A stretch of DNA of 64,000 bases from Tubulanus polymorphus (taxonomy: Eukaryota; Animalia; Nemertea), in assembly GCF_964204645.1 (NCBI RefSeq), contig NC_134033.1, positions 10,300,655-10,364,654 of the forward strand. Direction: 5' to 3'. Positions 39,101-52,116 of this stretch are shown here, one piece after another. The first letter of the stretch is position 1; every line of letters begins with the position of its first letter. The position numbers and the translations under genes were made by a program. The notes under the pieces are model-generated. The model was not told the DNA's origin. It saw nothing but the letters and a program-made list of their open reading frames with translations, and ran no database searches.

Positions 39101-42100
39101 AAAATCACGTTGTGTTTCGTGCACAAACTACGCACTATATACATTAACCCTCCCCCTTAGAATAGTATGTACGCTTTGAGCTTGCCCTTCCACTCCACCT
39201 GTACGCTTTTGTGCGGATTTCTAAACCTCCCCTTCCCCCTTAGGTACGTACGTAGTATACGGCCCCTTAACGCAAGACCGCCCTGAAGCGCTGCCTAGTG
39301 TTTAATCGTGAACTTACTCGTTGATTGGCGATCTCCTGTTTGATTATTTCCGTGTCCCCGGTTATTTTCGATTCTTCCTCTTTCTTCGTCTGAATGTCGT
39401 CGTTTAATTCTCGTATCTTATTTTCACATTTCTTCATTTCGACATCTCGACGTTTGTTCCTATAACTACAATCGGTCGTTCGTACATTATTACGTGCAAT
39501 GATCGACGTCGACCTATGAATGTAAGTATCGCTTACCTATCGATCGATGATTGTATAGAATTGACGCCGTTTTCGTCATCTTTCAACTCAGCAATCTGAA
39601 AATATCCAATAACAATGATTCAGATCCCAGGTTTAGTGCTAACACAGTTAAGTTATAACCCGGGTTACCTCAGTTAGTGTAAACCCGTCTGCACCGCGTT
39701 AGGCGCATGATCGTTACCTTGGCAGATGATTCTGCGAGTTGATCGTTTTTATCTTCTATTATTTGACGTTTTTTCTGTTTCAAACGATTCATTTCTTCTT
39801 CTAAAGGTTGAATTCGATTTCTAGCGTTCTATAAAACAACAATATAACCAGGTCAGAGACACAGAGAGAGAGGGAGGAGGGAGGAATGAAGAAAGGGAGG
39901 GAGTAAGGGAGGAAGAGAGGGAAGGAGTGAGGAAGAGGGGAGGAAGAGAAGGAAGGAGTGAGAGGGCCGAGGAAGATAGGGAGGGAGTGAGGAAGGGAAG
40001 GAGTGAGGGAGGAAGAGAGGTAAGGAGTGAGGAAGAGGGGAGGAAGAGAAGGAAGGAGTGAGGGAGAGGGCCGAGGAAGACAGGGAGGGAGTGAGTGAGG
40101 AGAGGGAAGGAGTGAGTGAGGTAGGAAGAGAGGGAAGGAGTGAGTGAGGTAGGAAGAGAGGGAAGGAGTGAGGGAAGGAGTGAGGGAGAGGGCCGAGGAA
40201 GATAGGGAGGGAGTGAGGAAGGGAAGGAGTGAGGGAGGAAGAGAGGTAAGGAGTGAGGGGAGAGGGAGGAAGATAGTGAGGGAAAGAAGATAGTGAGGGA
40301 AGGAAGGAGTGAGGGACAGAGAGAGGGAAGGGATAGGGAGGGAGAAGGAAATGAGAGAGGGAATGAATGAGGGAGTAGGGAGTGAGGGAGGAAGAGAGGG
40401 AAGGAGTGAGGGCTGTGAGATACCTGAGAATCTTTATGCAGTTGATCTATAGTCACATTCAGCTCTTGTTGCCTCTCTTGCAATTTCACTTGATCTTGAA
40501 GGTTTTTCTGTATAATCAGTCGATCGTGTTTTAACCTGTTGACCTGTCCACCGAGTTTATTCAGGATGTCTTTATGTCGACTGATTTTATCACGTTTCAC
40601 GTCGTATTGTCGATTTACGCCATCGCTGAAGAACACAACATGACACGATCATAAGTTACAGTTAAACTTGAGCTTAAGTCATCATTTGTCACATTACTTT
40701 ATAAATCGTCTCTTAAAGTGTTATTTTACCTGTCATTTTGAGCGCGATCTTTCTCTGAATTTACGTCATCAATAGAACGGTCGCAACCTGAAAATGATTC
40801 ACGCAAATTTTACAAATTTTAATAGTTTTAGCTTAGAACGTCCACCTCCGATCTATGCAGCAGCAGGGTTAAAAGCATCAATTAAGCTAATTAAAGTTGA
40901 TAGTAATACAACGATGTAATTAATGAGTGTAATTACCGACGTCTCCTAATCGCGTTTTATACTGTTCGATAATGCGATCTTTCTGAGCGATGTCTCTCAA
41001 TAAACTCGGTAATTGTTGTACATCGGGTTGAATCATTTTCGCTTCGTCTAAATCTAACTGGCGAGCTTCGATTACTGCCTGACACTGAAATCATTCGATA
41101 CCGTGCGTACAAACATTAGGCCAGGGGTAGGGATTCGAACCCGATGACATCACTAGACTCAGTCTGGGCACAAAACCGTGCCAGGTGCACAGGTTTGTTG
41201 CGCGAAAACTTGCAGCCAATCAGATTGCTCAATGGCAAATTCCATGGATAAACTATAAATGGAAACACCCGGGCTAAAACAAAACCAGATTTCTGATTGG
41301 CTAATAATGACATCATCTAAGCTGCGTATGTGGCTGCTCACTCAGTCTCAGTAGCGTGGCAGGGCTCGAATCCCTGCCGGGGAAGAATGTAGGGGTAGGG
41401 GAGTACTGGGGGAGGCTGAGCCTCCCGGAGACTGAGCTAGAGCTTCCTCTCTCTGTCTTCTGTTCTACTCACATCTTCAATTTCTTCAGTATATTTCGAG
41501 ATATTCGCTGATAATTCATTCAGTTGATCTTGTAATTTTCGCAATTCATTGTCAGCAATTTGTTTCAGCTAAAATTAGAATAATCAGCAAAGTAACAAAA
41601 CAGTAACTAAACGCAATAACGGCAGTTTTTACTCCGTGCGAGAAGAAAAATACATAAGAGCGAGTCTTCCACCAAAGCAGTAGCCGTTCTTCGGAGAAAA
41701 TAAGGGTAGTTGGGTTTTGATACTAACCCGGTCCTGCTTGGGTTTTAATTGTAACATCATAGTGTTCTGGTTCTGCAGTCTCTCTAGTTTAGTCTCCGCC
41801 TGTTTCATCCTGGATGGAACCAGCTTCAATTTGTTTTGAAGCTACGACGAAACAATTCGAAGAAATTTCTCGTTAACAAATTACGATTTCAAATGAGGTT
41901 TAGACTAGTGTGTGTACTGACCGTTTCGATGAGTTGTTGAGATTCCTCCGGTTCGTCGAAATCTCGTTTACACAGGGGGCAGCACGGGTTAGGCTGTTGT
42001 AATTCGGTCATGTACTTCTTGAAGAAATGCGAAGCTCCGATCAGAGATCCGCGTTCGCTGAAATGGAATCAATATGGCTGTTACAGGGGCAGATTTAGGG

Positions 42101-45100
42101 GGGTGGTCTCGGGGGTCTGGACCCTGACTTCCTGCTGAGGTGGCCCTTTTCATTAAGACAGAGATCGTTAAAACCTATAAATTTGACGCTCAACCTCTCA
42201 GAAATTGCATCACATACCTAGGATAATAATCATAATAATAAATTTATTTCCACAATAAAATTACAACATGTCATAAAGAGATATACAAATATGAAATGTT
42301 TTAATATAATGTGGAGGAGATTAGATGAAGCCAATGAAGGCTTATAAAATCTCTAATCCCCTAGCATACACCGATTCACTCAACTCATACACACATGCAG
42401 TCATACACCTTCACCCAACATGCACCCACACACGTAGTCACTCAGGCGGTCAATCACACTATCTTTCATTCACTCTTACAATCTGGTAATAGATGACAGA
42501 TACAGACAGATTAATTACAAATTCATTAGATACAATTTAAGTTTTCTTTTGAAAGTATCTATACACGACAGTTGTTTTAAACTTTTTGGCAAATTATTCC
42601 AGACAACAGGACCAGAAATTTTTACTGTGAATTGTGTTTTGTTAGTCCGAAATCTGGCAACACGAAAAGAATTCATATTTCTGGTTGAATACGAGTGTAT
42701 ATCAACATTCTTTTTGAAATACCGATTAAAGGAATTTGGCAATTTTGAATTATTGAATTTGAACATAAATAGACTTAATTGAAATTTTGTAATATGTCTA
42801 AATTTTAGGATATTCAATTTCTTGAAGATAGGTTCAGTGTGTTCTAGGAAATGAGACATATTAACTATTCTTACTGCTCTTTTTTGTAGTAAAATTAGTG
42901 GATTAAGCTTGTTTGCATAATTACTTCCCCAGATTAAATTACAATATTGTAAATGAGGATAAACAAAACTATAATAGAGGGTAATAAGGATATTTGATGG
43001 GAAATGCTTTTTTAATCTCGTTAAAATTCCAATGGAGGGTGACACTTTACTGCAGACATATTTGATATGGACATCCCAATTTAATTTGTCATCTATAAAA
43101 AGACCAAGAAAATTCGTACTATGTACACGTTTGATTAATTCTCCATTTAACCAAATGGAAGAATTAAAGTGATCTACACGACCAAAAATCATAAAGTGGC
43201 ATTTCGCAATATTTATTGAAAGTTTGTTTACTTGATACCAGATGCCAAGTTTCGCCAGTTCAGAATTTACTATGGAAACCAATTCTTTGATATTAGAGTT
43301 ACTATAAAAACAATTCGTGTCATCGGCAAAGAGGATATAATGGAGTAATTTGGACGTATTAACGCAATCGTTAACGTATAATAAAAAGAGCAAAGGGCCT
43401 AGAATAGAACCCTGGGGTACACCAATTGATATATTTAATGGAGACGATAAGGTATTGTTGAAACTTAAAACTTGACTCCTGTCAGTCAGGTAGCTTTTAA
43501 ACCAATCATGAGGAACACCTCGGATTCCGTAATAATCAAGCTTCATTAACAAAATGTCATGGTTAACGGTGTCGAATGCCTTAGACAGGTCCAAGAATAA
43601 TCCAATAGTAATATTCTTATTTTCCAAGGCTTCAGAAAGATTATCAACAACCTTGGTTAATGCCAAATCTGTTGAATGTTTTGAACGAAAGCCAAACTGG
43701 TCGGGGATTACAATATCCTGTTTGTTACAAAAGGAAACCAATCTGTTGTAAACTAGTTTTTCCAGAATTTTTGAGAAGCTAGGAAGCAAAGATATGGGTC
43801 GATAATTATTTAAAGAATTAGGGGCTCCGGATTTAAACAAAGGACAAACTTTCGCAATTTTGAGTTCATTGGGAACTATTCCAGTCTGAAGACTACGGTT
43901 AAAGATATGGGATAAAGGGAACTTAATGATGTCAATCACCTGTTTTATAACAAAAATACTCAAACCATCGACACCGGCACTCTTCTTTAAGGGGAAACCC
44001 GAGACCACATCACTTATTTCATGAGGTGAAGTCGGAAAGAGAAATAGACTTTCATTGACACGTTTATTCATATATTGATGAAAGGATTGCCCTGTATCAG
44101 GGATTTGAGTAGCAAGCCTTTCACCAATATTTGCAAAAAAATTGTTAAACTCGATGGCGATGTTTATATTACCAGAAATAACACGTTGATCAGAAGTAAA
44201 AGAATTAGGCATTTTAGAATAAATGTTTCTACCTAAAACTGTGTTCAACAGTTTCCACTTTTCTTTCATATCATTTCCAGCAGCGAGCAATTTTTCAGAA
44301 TAATAATTAGATTCGGCTTTGTTAATAAGCTTTGAAATGAGATTTTTGTACGAGTTGTATTTTGATTTTATTTTTTCTGAACGTGTTCTAATAAATTTCC
44401 TATAAAGGTTGTTTTTTGTTTTAATTGCTGCGATAATACCAGGAGTTATCCATGGTTTATGGAATGAGGGATTAATATGATTAACTGGTACCAGAGGGAA
44501 AACTTGATTGAAAACTAAAGAAACTTTTTCAATGAAAGTAGTGTAAGCAACTGAGGGATTATCAGATGAATACACTTCACTCCAGTTAATATTCATAAGT
44601 AATCTGTTGAAATTAGAAATATTGCGCTGCGAGAAAATTCTAGTTTTAAAAGGTTGTCTGTCAGACAGAGGCTGATCACCACTGCAGATAGTAAATATTG
44701 GGTAATGATCCGAAAGGTCGGTCATAAAAATCCCAGATTTGTGAACATGTCGCAAATCGTTACAAAAAATATTGTCAATTAAGGATGTCGAGTCACAAGT
44801 TACTCGAGTTGGCTTGTCAATCAAAGGTGAAAAAGAATGAGAAAATAAAGATTCGAGAAATATTTCAGTATCTTTGTGCGTATCATATTTCATGAGATCT
44901 ATATTAAAGTCCCCCACCAGGTAGCAAAGTTTGTTCTCGCGAGTAATTTCTGCCGTTAAAACTTCAAATTCATCTTGAAAAGTTGGTAATTTTCCTCCTG
45001 GAGGTCTATATATTACTCCAATAATAATATTGGATTTTTTATCTAAAACAATTTCGATGAATAAAGATTCGAAAGTATGATTCCTAGTTGATAAGTCTGT

Positions 45101-48100
45101 CCGTACTTTGAAATTGAAATTTTCCTTTAGGAAGAGAGCTACGCCGCCACCAAGTTGACCATTGGCGCGGGATTTAAAAATACTCGTGTAACCGTTAATT
45201 CTATACAAATTGGAGTTAGAATTATTTGAATTAGTCCAAGTCTCGGTCAAACCAATGACCGAAAATTGACCATTACAACAATTCAAAAAATCAGTTAAAC
45301 TGTCAAAATTTTTGTTGACACTTCTGATGTTATGAGATATGATGGATAGACTTCCCCGTTCAAGAGGAGAATCCTCGTCAACATTAAAGTACAAACAACT
45401 GTTGTTTGTACAAGGTATATCAGTTACTGAGCTTTTCATACAAACAACAAGTCATGGTGTTTGACTAATATTCAACGTATTGTTTTTTCCTGGTTTTTTC
45501 TATTGAAGGTGGTGTTCCGGATAGTGATCTCTCCTTTCGTTTTGCCGAGGTCGGTGTGCAGAAAGCATCACTAGTGACGCCATCTATTGCCTCGCAAAAG
45601 TGTTTAAGCAATGCAAGCTTGCCGGTTTCACTGAGGTGAATACCACTTTTATCGGTCGGCAAATAAAAGTGGTCCAAAGCTTTACCAGACTGTTTAAGTT
45701 TCAATATAGTGTCATTATCAATAAACATGATATTCTGTTCCGCGCATAGTTTCCCGATATGGTTGTTAACTGCTATTGCAAGGCTGTTGTACTCTTTTAC
45801 GTTGTTGGAGTTACCTTTTCTTGGAATGATACTAGAGAAGTGAATCTGGGCTTCATTGAAATGTTCCGTCGTTTTAGGATGGATTATTTCTTCAAAAATA
45901 CCTAACCCTAGATGGAAGGACCTCACACGCGGGCTTTCACATGGCTGCTTTTCATCCGAGACCCCACCCGTCCTATTTTCCAAGATCCGCCCTTGTGCTA
46001 TAGACATCTAGCACATATCACCGATAACAGCGCTAATAAATGGTTAATTAGATATTAAATATGGCTACTATGGCAGTCGGAACTTACTCTTGTGATTGAT
46101 TAATTTCAGTTTGAACTCGTTCTAGTTTATTGTCAACGTTTTGACTTCCACAGGCCGTTTCTAATTCACGTCTCACTAGCTGCTGTTCACTTTCTAACTT
46201 CTCAACTTGTTCCCTGAAAGTATTGAAGTCTTGAAAGTTATAAAAGCATCTGAAGAAAGTTGCAGATTCATGTCTCCTGCGAATCCAGCTGTAACACTGC
46301 CAAGAGGGTCGTTGGGTATTGAGGCCTCTATTCTATCAATTACAACAATCTGGTTCTCAAAGAACCTTTAAATCCAGGCTCAGGAATATTGCTGCCCTGT
46401 ACCTTCTCATAGTCTGTTGGGCGAGGGCAGCCGATAGTTTCTTGTTTAATTCGTCTTGTTTATGTTTCTCACGATTGCGATCGGATTCAAGTCGTCTAAA
46501 AACACAAAACGAAAATCAAATTGATTTCAAATATGAAATATGAATAGAATTTAGAAGCGAAGGTTTTAAAACTGACTTGATCAATTCATCTAATTTCTCG
46601 TGTATTTTTGACTTGTCGATGTTTCCCAGTAAATTCTGAATGGCGTCTTTGTGATTCCTCAAACTGCGATAAAAAAATTACTAAACGTTAGTGAAATCCA
46701 CGGGCCCCAACTCCCCGATCCCCTGCCCCAGGGGTGGACAGAACTCTTACATAGTTGTCACTTTCTTTTCGACTTCTTGTTTCTGAGTTTGTCTTGATTC
46801 TAACTCTGACCGCTGCTGAGCAACTTTATTCATTTCTCTCAAATCATTACTGAAAACAAAAACATCGAAAAAACCTTTATCTCACCGATCGAATTAAAAT
46901 GATTTTATTTTCACTACATTTCCTGCTGCTGCCGCTTACTCGAGTTGTTTAATTTTGTCGGACAATAATTTTCGTTGTTCGGCTAGTTGTTTAACTTCGG
47001 TTTCTAACGCGGGTAAATCAACGGAATTCTCTTCCTTCGCTAAATCTTCTTCCTGAATGCAGAGAATTTAAACCCGGTGATAAAATCACTGATTGTGAGG
47101 AAAATCACCGATTGCGCGTATAAGAGCAAAATGAGAATGAAAACTCACAGTTTTACTGAGTTCATCATCAATCTCCTGAAGCCGTGCTGTCGATTGCGAG
47201 GCTTGTTGTATTTGACGTTTGATATCTCGAATTTCATCTTGATTTATTCTCTAAAATGAAAATTCATCAAAACCCTCCTGAGCTTCTTATAAATCATTGT
47301 TCTTCTTGTCCCCTCAATGTTCTCTCTAGAGCCATACGTAACAGGAGCTCCATCCTCTGACTCCCCCACCCCTCACCCCTTGACTCATGCTCTCTCCTCC
47401 CCACCCCTCCACTGTATATACTCACCCCGACTATAGCTCCCTCCTCCCTTCTCCCCTCACCCCGATATATACTCACTATGTTTTTATTATTCATACATTC
47501 CGTTTGTTCGTGTTTCACTTTTTCGTCTCTAATTTCATCTATTTTCAGTTGAATGTCCGATTCCCGAGAATCGAACGAATTCTTTAGATCGTCGCGTTCT
47601 GAATTCAACGACTGCTGTTTACGACGCAGTTTATCGACAAAACTGGTGATGTCATCATCGGTGACATCATCAAAGCCTGTGTGCACAACAAAAGTCAATT
47701 GGTTATCAATGAAAAAGATGGCTCCCTCCATTATTCCCCTTATGACATCATCATATTGCCTCCAAACATTGTCTCCATAAAACAGCTGAGGTCTGAGGTA
47801 TGTATTCAAACAGCCATCATATCGAACCAGTCCATAATAAATGACTAGAATTTGTATTGGAATGAAATACTCAAGATCTGATGACATCACTTTTTTGTGT
47901 ATTCCATTTTAATACCCCTGCCTAGCCTTACACAGTGGCAATGTCTCTAAGAGATTCTGACATGTGTTCTCAAAAGGAATATTTGATGATGTCATAGAGT
48001 GATTAAAGGATTGAGGGGTGATTAATGGATTAAGGGGGTTAGGTGTTACCGATGAATGAGTGTTTCTCCGCTAACTGCTGAACTCGCTGATTCCTCTTGT

Positions 48101-51100
48101 TTACATTCTCTTCGTGTTGCTATAGAAACAAAACAATGAAACCGCCTTTCGTGAATTGACGCCATATTTCATCCAATCAAAGAACCATAATGCCGAACAC
48201 TGACCTTTGCCTCTTGTTGTAGTTGACCTTGATCTCTGAATAGCAGCGTCTGTTTGTTCTGCAAGCTATCAAGGTCAGTCTGAACTGAGTTCAATTTCAA
48301 CTCATTCTTAAAATAAAACATCATCATTCACTAATGACAACACTGAGATCTAATTAGTACGTGATCAATTAACTTTAATTAATGTAACTACCTTCTCTAA
48401 TTGGTTTTCATTCGTTTTCACGCGAGATTGAAAATCTTCAATTTCGTCCTTCAATTCAGCGATTGTTCCTGAGGAAAAAACATTCTGTATTCTAAATTAG
48501 TATATATATGATTCTGCTTTGGGAACATTCATCAAGGGGATGGTAGGTGAGGTTATGTGGTCAAGGCGTGGTGAGGTCAAGTCAGATGATGAGGTCATGA
48601 GCGATAAGGTCAAGTGAGGTGATGAGGTCATTGTAGAATGAGGTCACAGGTTATGAGGTCAAGTGAGGTGATGAGGTCACAGGTGGTGAGGTCAAGTGAG
48701 GGGATGAGGTCACAGGGTGATGAGGTCATGAAATGATTATCTACCGTCATATTTCTGTGTAATAGATTTAGCCAAGTCATTTCTAGCAGACATCACTCCA
48801 GACGTGATTCCTCGCAGTTTCTCAATCTCTGTCTGAATTCTATAGATTTCACTCGATTGCTGCTGAATTTTCATCAATTGTTCCTTGAAAATGAGAGGTA
48901 GAAAGTTTATATAGGGATTTATAGACCAGTTCTATCTTAAACCCGGCCGTTAACTCGGTTCCTAGTCAACAGGGGCCCCTTTTATACACTGGTATCAACT
49001 TAAACCTGCGGGCTAACTCAATTCATTTTCAATTGAGTTAACCCCTGGCTTAAAGTTAATACCAGTCTATGAAACTGACCCTCGAGTATAGCTAATACAG
49101 TTCAGTTATATTCGTACATCTAATGGTTCAAGTTGTTGATCAAGTTTTCTGATGTGATCTTTTGTAGCCGTTGTTTTTGTAGTCAATTCGTCGACTTCTT
49201 TTTTCAACTTGTAAAAATAAAAGCACGGACAAATATCAGAAAAACTAAATTCATAATATTTCTGTCACCCATTTAGAACCAGAACAGTAAATTTTTACCT
49301 CTTCGGATCTTTTCTTGTAATTTCGCAGATGAGGAATTTCTATGGAACATTCTTTCAGGATCTGATCCTATCATTTTAGAAATGAAAACCGTCCATCATA
49401 CTTATATACTATTGCTCTATGAAACAAGAATGAATCAGTGAATCTAAGCAGCTACCGACAGTTAGTATATGCAGCTACCGACACAGTGAGTATATGCAGC
49501 TGCCGATACACAGAATCACTGCAGCTACCGACACAGCGAGTATATGCAGCTGAATCAATGCAGCTATCAAAATAGTGAATATTGTAGGTACCAACAGTAA
49601 GTTGAGTATATGCAGCTACCAGTACATTAAGTATGATGCAACGACCAACACAGTAAGTATATGCAGCCACCGACACAGTGAGATGCAGCTACCGGTACCT
49701 GTTTTTTCTTGGAATCTTTAATACTATCTAAAGCCTTCGTGTAACGAGTCGATGCAAATATATCATCAAATTTCTGTTTGACCATTTTTCCTTCTCCGAG
49801 AGGCCTGTTAAACAGAACGGTGAGATTTAAACTGACTGCCCGGGGTGCCAGGATACTGAAGCGAGGTAGCGGGTACCGCGGGTGTCAGAGAGAACGCATA
49901 CCACGTTGAATCCTCTTGATGACAGAATATCACATTCTCGAGAACAGCTTTTGAGACGCCTAAACTCGCTACCATCTAAAAGTATCATAATATCATTAAT
50001 ACAGCGCCACCTTACAGGTGAATGCTTACTACGCCTCCTGGTGTCGGATACACTAACCTCACGGTCTATCTCGGCGCATCTCGAGCTGATCGAGGTCCAA
50101 TCTCCGTCCGGTGTTTGACGTTTTATCGTCGATTCCAACGTTCGCAGTTTCGTCTGTTTCGCCTAAAACAATGAAGGTCAAGGTCATCATTGGAATCGTA
50201 GTTGGGTAGAAAACAGACGAGAAAGGGTTAACATTTATTACACTTTGCGTCGCGACAAGTTTCCGCGTAACAGTCATGCGTTTTCCAGTGACATCGCGAA
50301 TCTCTAAACCAACTTTAGCTCTCACTTCATTCTCGTTCGCAATCTGAAAATTCAAATTCAATCAATAAAAGCCTCTATGAAATACTGAGAGAAAAGAGTA
50401 AGAGGAGAGAATGTTGCCATAGCCGCGCGATTTACCTTAGGGTCATGCACGAAGGCTGCATTGACCTTGGCCCCTGGCGGGTATTCCCCGGTCGATAAAT
50501 ACTTCAAACATTCGATAATCGTCTGAAAATAGAAACTAATGGTTAAAGATTCTGTGTGGATTAATTCTATGAAGGTGAATCTAAAGTGATATCGCCAATT
50601 GACCTGTAGGTTGTTAGGCGTGCGGATAACAACTTATAACTGGTCTGTACGCGGACTCTTATTTTGGCAGTTGCAAATTAAGATATGGCAGAACTTATTG
50701 GCAGTAGAACCGGCAACTGCGAGCTCCTGGTGGGGCGCAAGAAAATTTGAAGCGTTTCAGAGACATTTCCAGCCAATGTTATTGAATACCCAGTATTCCA
50801 TTTAACAGAGTCACTGAAACATTTATGTAATCTAATAAATGTTCCTTTTCTTTGACAAAAATAGCGGAATTCAGGATCTTGTGTCGCATCCCACGCACCC
50901 CCAGGGCCCGTATTAAATGTATCGGGCCCCTGCCGCAGGAGAGCTCGAGCGATGGAAGGGGGAGTGATAGGGGAATTACTCACAGTTTTTCCAGTTCCAT
51001 TCGGTCCCAGAATCAGTGTTAACGGCGTGTAGAATTTCATCGTTTGTCGATCTTTATCGTGACTTCCGAAACTACGGATTCCTTGAATTGCTAAAAAATC

Positions 51101-51112
51101 TATGCGAGACAT
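36198..51112 (-). CDS. RAD50: DNA repair protein RAD50, many exons
   Basis: [16 protein letters not shown]; Walker A GPNGTGKT; [11 protein letters not shown] (Q-loop); long coiled coils; zinc hook [11 protein letters not shown] (~41960-41990); signature [10 protein letters not shown]; Walker [13 protein letters not shown]; H-loop [12 protein letters not shown]; stop at 36198. Confidence 0.97.
37283..37437. repeat. 37-bp intronic tandem repeat, 4 units
   Basis: GACTGTGAGAGTAAGGAGGGAGGTGTAAAGGGAGGT. Confidence 0.85.
39860..40410. repeat. Polypurine (GA-rich) intronic tract
   Basis: GAGGAAGAGAGGGAAGGAGT repeats. Confidence 0.85.
42515..45439 (-). CDS. LINE ORF2: apurinic endonuclease plus reverse transcriptase, 974 aa
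   Basis: HNIRS, GLTETW, IYRPP, GDFNID, SDHYP (endonuclease); [36 protein letters not shown] (reverse transcriptase). Confidence 0.97.
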   Translation of the reverse strand: MKSSVTDIPCTNNSCLYFNVDEDSPLERGSLSIISHNIRSVNKNFDSLTDFLNCCNGQFSVIGLTETWTNSNNSNSNLYRINGYTSIFKSRANGQLGGGVALFLKENFNFKVRTDLSTRNHTFESLFIEIVLDKKSNIIIGVIYRPPGGKLPTFQDEFEVLTAEITRENKLCYLVGDFNIDLMKYDTHKDTEIFLESLFSHSFSPLIDKPTRVTCDSTSLIDNIFCNDLRHVHKSGIFMTDLSDHYPIFTICSGDQPLSDRQPFKTRIFSQRNISNFNRLLMNINWSEVYSSDNPSVAYTTFIEKVSLVFNQVFPLVPVNHINPSFHKPWITPGIIAAIKTKNNLYRKFIRTRSEKIKSKYNSYKNLISKLINKAESNYYSEKLLAAGNDMKEKWKLLNTVLGRNIYSKMPNSFTSDQRVISGNINIAIEFNNFFANIGERLATQIPDTGQSFHQYMNKRVNESLFLFPTSPHEISDVVSGFPLKKSAGVDGLSIFVIKQVIDIIKFPLSHIFNRSLQTGIVPNELKIAKVCPLFKSGAPNSLNNYRPISLLPSFSKILEKLVYNRLVSFCNKQDIVIPDQFGFRSKHSTDLALTKVVDNLSEALENKNITIGLFLDLSKAFDTVNHDILLMKLDYYGIRGVPHDWFKSYLTDRSQVLSFNNTLSSPLNISIGVPQGSILGPLLFLLYVNDCVNTSKLLHYILFADDTNCFYSNSNIKELVSIVNSELAKLGIWYQVNKLSINIAKCHFMIFGRVDHFNSSIWLNGELIKRVHSTNFLGLFIDDKLNWDVHIKYVCSKVSPSIGILTRLKKHFPSNILITLYYSFVYPHLQYCNLIWGSNYANKLNPLILLQKRAVRIVNMSHFLEHTEPIFKKLNILKFRHITKFQLSLFMFKFNNSKLPNSFNRYFKKNVDIHSYSTRNMNSFRVARFRTNKTQFTVKISGPVVWNNLPKSLKQLSCIDTFKRKLKLYLMNL
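45465..45874 (-). pseudogene. C-terminal half of LINE ORF1 (SGNH/esterase-like domain)
   Basis: [18 protein letters not shown]....[17 protein letters not shown] matches the DxxH block of CR1/L2 ORF1 esterases. The N-terminal ~44 aa of the listed 180-aa ORF come from the host MITE and its flank. Confidence 0.7.
48560..48730. repeat. GATGAGGTCA tandem repeat
   Basis: Intronic degenerate repeat. Confidence 0.8.
49450..49695. repeat. GCAGCTACCGACACAGT tandem repeat
   Basis: Intronic degenerate repeat. Confidence 0.8.
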
Positions 51113-51586
51113 GACGACGATACTTCAGCGGTCTAAACTAACACGCGGGGCTAGAGTTAGGGCGAGTATGAGCTGATGAGTCGTGGTCAACTACCGGTCT
51201 ACTAATATCAGAGAGCTGGAACATTCACGACACAATAGAATAAACACCACTGTCCTGGTTATTCCGAGGTTAGCGAGAGAGTGCCTTGAATCTTTCCAGC
51301 AGCTGCTTTTATCTATCTGAAATAATCATAAACAATCATGGTTCTGAGCTCCATTCACAAGGGGGGTTAGTAGAGACTCCGAGTCTGATTAGCTATAATC
51401 TGAAGAATACCAGACGTTACAGTGCCCTTGTTGTTTGAGGCTAGCAGAGTAGACTACCAATTACTGCATGTTCACACTGAGCAAGCGAATGTATAATTTG
51501 GTAGTTTGTTTGCTTGTTGGTTTTGCTTTATTATCATCATGCAGAGTTTACTAATTGTCTAACTTAAGTTTGTTGCATTCACACTC

Positions 51587-51729
51587 ACAGGGGCTCGTAT
51601 TTGAAGTTTGGGGGTGAACTGTTGCTTTGATCATCCAATTTCCAAGGTAAAAAGATTGTATATACAATACCTCGGATACTGGATGACTCAACTACAGTTC
51701 ACCCCCAAAACTTCAAATACGAGCCCCTG
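51587..51729. mobile_element. Foldback MITE
   Basis: CAGGGGCTCGTATTTGAAGTTT.GGGGGTGAACTG / CAGTTCACCCCCAAAACTTCAAATACGAGCCCCTG. Confidence 0.75.
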
Positions 51730-51781
51730 AGGATATTATTCCAGTTCTGTAGCAATTAGATGGATTGGCAAAAAGACTCCT

Positions 51782-51980
51782 TTAGTCCAGTTGAAAAGGA
51801 GAGAAAATCCTCCATTTCTTCTTGAATTTGAATATAATTGTCACCATGCCTACGAAATGAAGTCATTTTTCTTGTGGGGTTTCAACAACCAAATCAGGGT
51901 GGCGTAGGCATGGTGACAATGTTCTAATTCAAGAAATTTCACAAAATGGAGGATTTTCTCTCCTTTTCAACTGGACTAAC
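51782..51980. mobile_element. Foldback MITE
   Basis: TTAGTCCAGTTGAAAAGGAGAGAAAATCCTCCATTT with its inverted complement ending ~51980. Confidence 0.75.
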
Positions 51981-52046
51981 TTCGATCCATTCCAGTTATA
52001 CTAGAAACCATTTGTCTCTTATCTCTCTCCCTGTTTACTTCCTCTT

Positions 52047-52116
52047 AGTCTAGTACCTAGCCGTTGTTCCTCAAACAGTTGTAGGGAACCGTAGCAACGA
52101 CTGGTATTCAGACTAA
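52047..52116. mobile_element. ~70-80 bp mini-element (TAGTCTAGTACC...GGTATTCAGACTA); other copies at ~34692-34773 and 54360-54880
   Basis: Three similar copies with short inverted ends. Confidence 0.65.

Larger units (their letters stand above)
42225..45874 (-). mobile_element. CR1/L2-group (Crack/Daphne-like) non-LTR retrotransposon, 5'-truncated in ORF1, in a RAD50 intron
   Basis: Intact EN+RT ORF2, 3' stem-loop, AATAAA and (TTA)n tail; TAGGAT duplicated at 42219-42224 and 45875-45880. Confidence 0.9.
42084..45995. mobile_element. MITE (CAGGGGCRGAT.T TIRs) split by the LINE insertion
   Basis: Left arm 42084-42224 begins CAGGGGCAGATTTAGG; right arm 45875-45995 ends CCAAGATCCGCCCTTG. Confidence 0.6.

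Noticed and set aside
39821-40420. Ser/Leu/Pro-rich extension of the 271-aa ORF (similar cases at 30431-31051 and 21159-21504)
   Set aside because: Read-through into polypyrimidine intronic repeats after a clear splice donor
45875-46007. N-terminus of the 180-aa ORF as a complete LINE ORF1
   Set aside because: Lies outside the TAGGAT duplication, in the host MITE arm and its flank; chance in-frame extension
49205-49220. Possible AT-AC minor intron in RAD50
   Set aside because: A canonical AG acceptor (TTTTTACAAG) with a GT donor gives the correct frame
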